A stretch of DNA of 58,352 nucleotides, the filler included, from Thelocarpon superellum (lineage: Eukaryota): the NCBI GenBank assembly GCA_026025795.1. It is 2 parts of 2 records of this genome, joined end to end, with 100 filler letters (N's around TTAATTAATTAA, not from the genome) between each part and the next. Parts side by side here need not be neighbours in the genome. Positions count along the whole stretch, not along the records: positions 29,305 to 58,352 come from JAPEUG010000226.1; 1 more part is not named here. One strand, given 5' to 3'. The translations under genes and the position numbers were made by a program. This document shows positions 57,328 to 58,352 of this stretch, one piece after another. The notes beneath the pieces were generated by a model. That model worked only from the letters and a program-made list of their open reading frames with translations, searched no databases and had not been told where the DNA came from. Numbering within the stretch: the stretch's first letter is position 1; each line of letters begins with the position of its first letter.

Positions 57328-57939
57328 TCACCCGTCTCTTCTCAAAATATCCATCAGATCGAGGCCAAAACCGCCACCTGTCGACTCTGGCTGCTGATTC
57401 CGTTGCTTGGCGACCATAGCTTGTAAACCACCCTGCTTCCGCGCCCTAGCCCTCCTTTTACTACTGGCGTTTTCTGACGGGGACCTGATGGCCGCACTGG
57501 CCATAGCACCACTTGGATCGGACGATTGGGGGCCGACGGCTTCTAGCAGGGCTTTCCGGGTGCGACGTGGACGCCTCCCAAGGTCATTCGAGGTCACTCG
57601 TGTTTGGCGACCGCACCGATCACACCTGTACACGAGCTGGGATCTGTGCAGGCTGGCGTTTTGATTATCGCTCGATGCAGCAGTCTTACTTTTCCCCTCG
57701 CTCGTGGCGCCTGGGGAGGTCTCCGTAGCCAGATGAGATGTCCAGCCCGGTACCGTCAGGCTCCCGCATGCACCACACGCTTCTCGCCGTCGGGCTTCCG
57801 GCAAGGTCACTTCGCCCTCGACTGCTAGTCTGCCACATTCCGCCATGAGGTGAGCGGACGCGACCGGAGACGCAAGTGCCAATCGATAGGCCGATTCATT
57901 CAGGAAGCGTAAACGTGTAGAAAGCGCTGCGTTGGCCAT
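57328..57939 (-). CDS. RPR2: RNase P/MRP subunit of the Rpr2/Rpp21/Snm1 family
   Basis: RLRFLNESAY.L...SP..SAHL, Zn ligands CGACG...PGW...CDRC, and a basic tail NASSKRRARARKQGGLQA. Confidence 0.82.
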   Translation of the reverse strand: MANAALSTRLRFLNESAYRLALASPVASAHLMAECGRLAVEGEVTLPEARRREACGACGSLTVPGWTSHLATETSPGATSEGKSKTAASSDNQNASLHRSQLVYRCDRCGRQTRVTSNDLGRRPRRTRKALLEAVGPQSSDPSGAMASAAIRSPSENASSKRRARARKQGGLQAMVAKQRNQQPESTGGGFGLDLMDILRRDG

Positions 57940-58144
57940 TGCAGCCACTTCTTCACGAAGCTGTCGAGCTCGATCTGATCAGCGTAGCTGCTCCAAAGAA
58001 AACGTGAAAAGTTGGTGACCGGCAAGTGCCGCAGAGTCAGCGGAATTCGTACGGTATCCTTAGGATTGGCGACTGTTGCGTTCTTCACTCGGGCGTCAAT
58101 CCGTCGGTTACGAGTGGTAGCTACAACTTCACGAATTGTTCGCC

Positions 58145-58349
58145 ATGGACGTGCAGCTCCACGAAAAGAAGGGTCTCCGTATCGCTGTCGAAGGCTGCGT
58201 GAGTTTTCTATCTCCGCAAGACACCATCGCGGACTGACTAAACTTAGGGCCATGGGACCCTCAATGCCATCTACTCGGCCGTGGCGAAGTCGTGTGAGGT
58301 CAACCAATGGGACGGTGTTGATCTCCTGATCATTGGCGGAGACTTTCAA
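58145..58349 (+). CDS. DBR1: Lariat debranching enzyme, first two exons (continues beyond window)
   Basis: MDVQLHEKKGLRIAVEGC, intron 58199-58247, then GHGTLNAIY...VDLLIIGGDFQ and a donor at 58350. Confidence 0.92.
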
Positions 58350-58352
58350 GTA

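Overview
GC-rich, gene-dense eukaryotic DNA from a filamentous ascomycete (Pezizomycotina-type proteins, short GT-AG introns of about 45-90 nt with CTRAY branch points). I can support about 27 protein-coding genes. Most are housekeeping: RCL1, ACR3, a PWWP protein, CPA2, RFC2, a G-patch protein, a PPR protein, ORC3, TYW4/PPM2 (3' part), PPS1, ALG2, EME1/MMS4, QNG1, an F-box protein, UBA2, an SDR, ELC1, SEN54, an arrestin, PPIL3, ZPR1, RPR2 and the 5' end of DBR1. There is also an intron-containing tRNA-Ile(UAU) and an artificial 100-nt scaffold spacer at 29205-29304. The most notable feature is a stand-alone 71-aa cold-shock protein (50967-51182) that, from my recollection, is almost identical to enterobacterial CspC. 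Its CDS is intronless but it is flanked by spliceosomal-intron signals in both UTRs, suggesting a domesticated horizontal transfer. Other leads are several small spliced orphan genes missed or fragmented by the ORF track, an orphan with a tandem-duplicated Myb/HTH-like domain, and a hairpin-rich intergenic segment with Pol III-like signals (about 18350-18720). All exon models were built by eye and no database searches were run.
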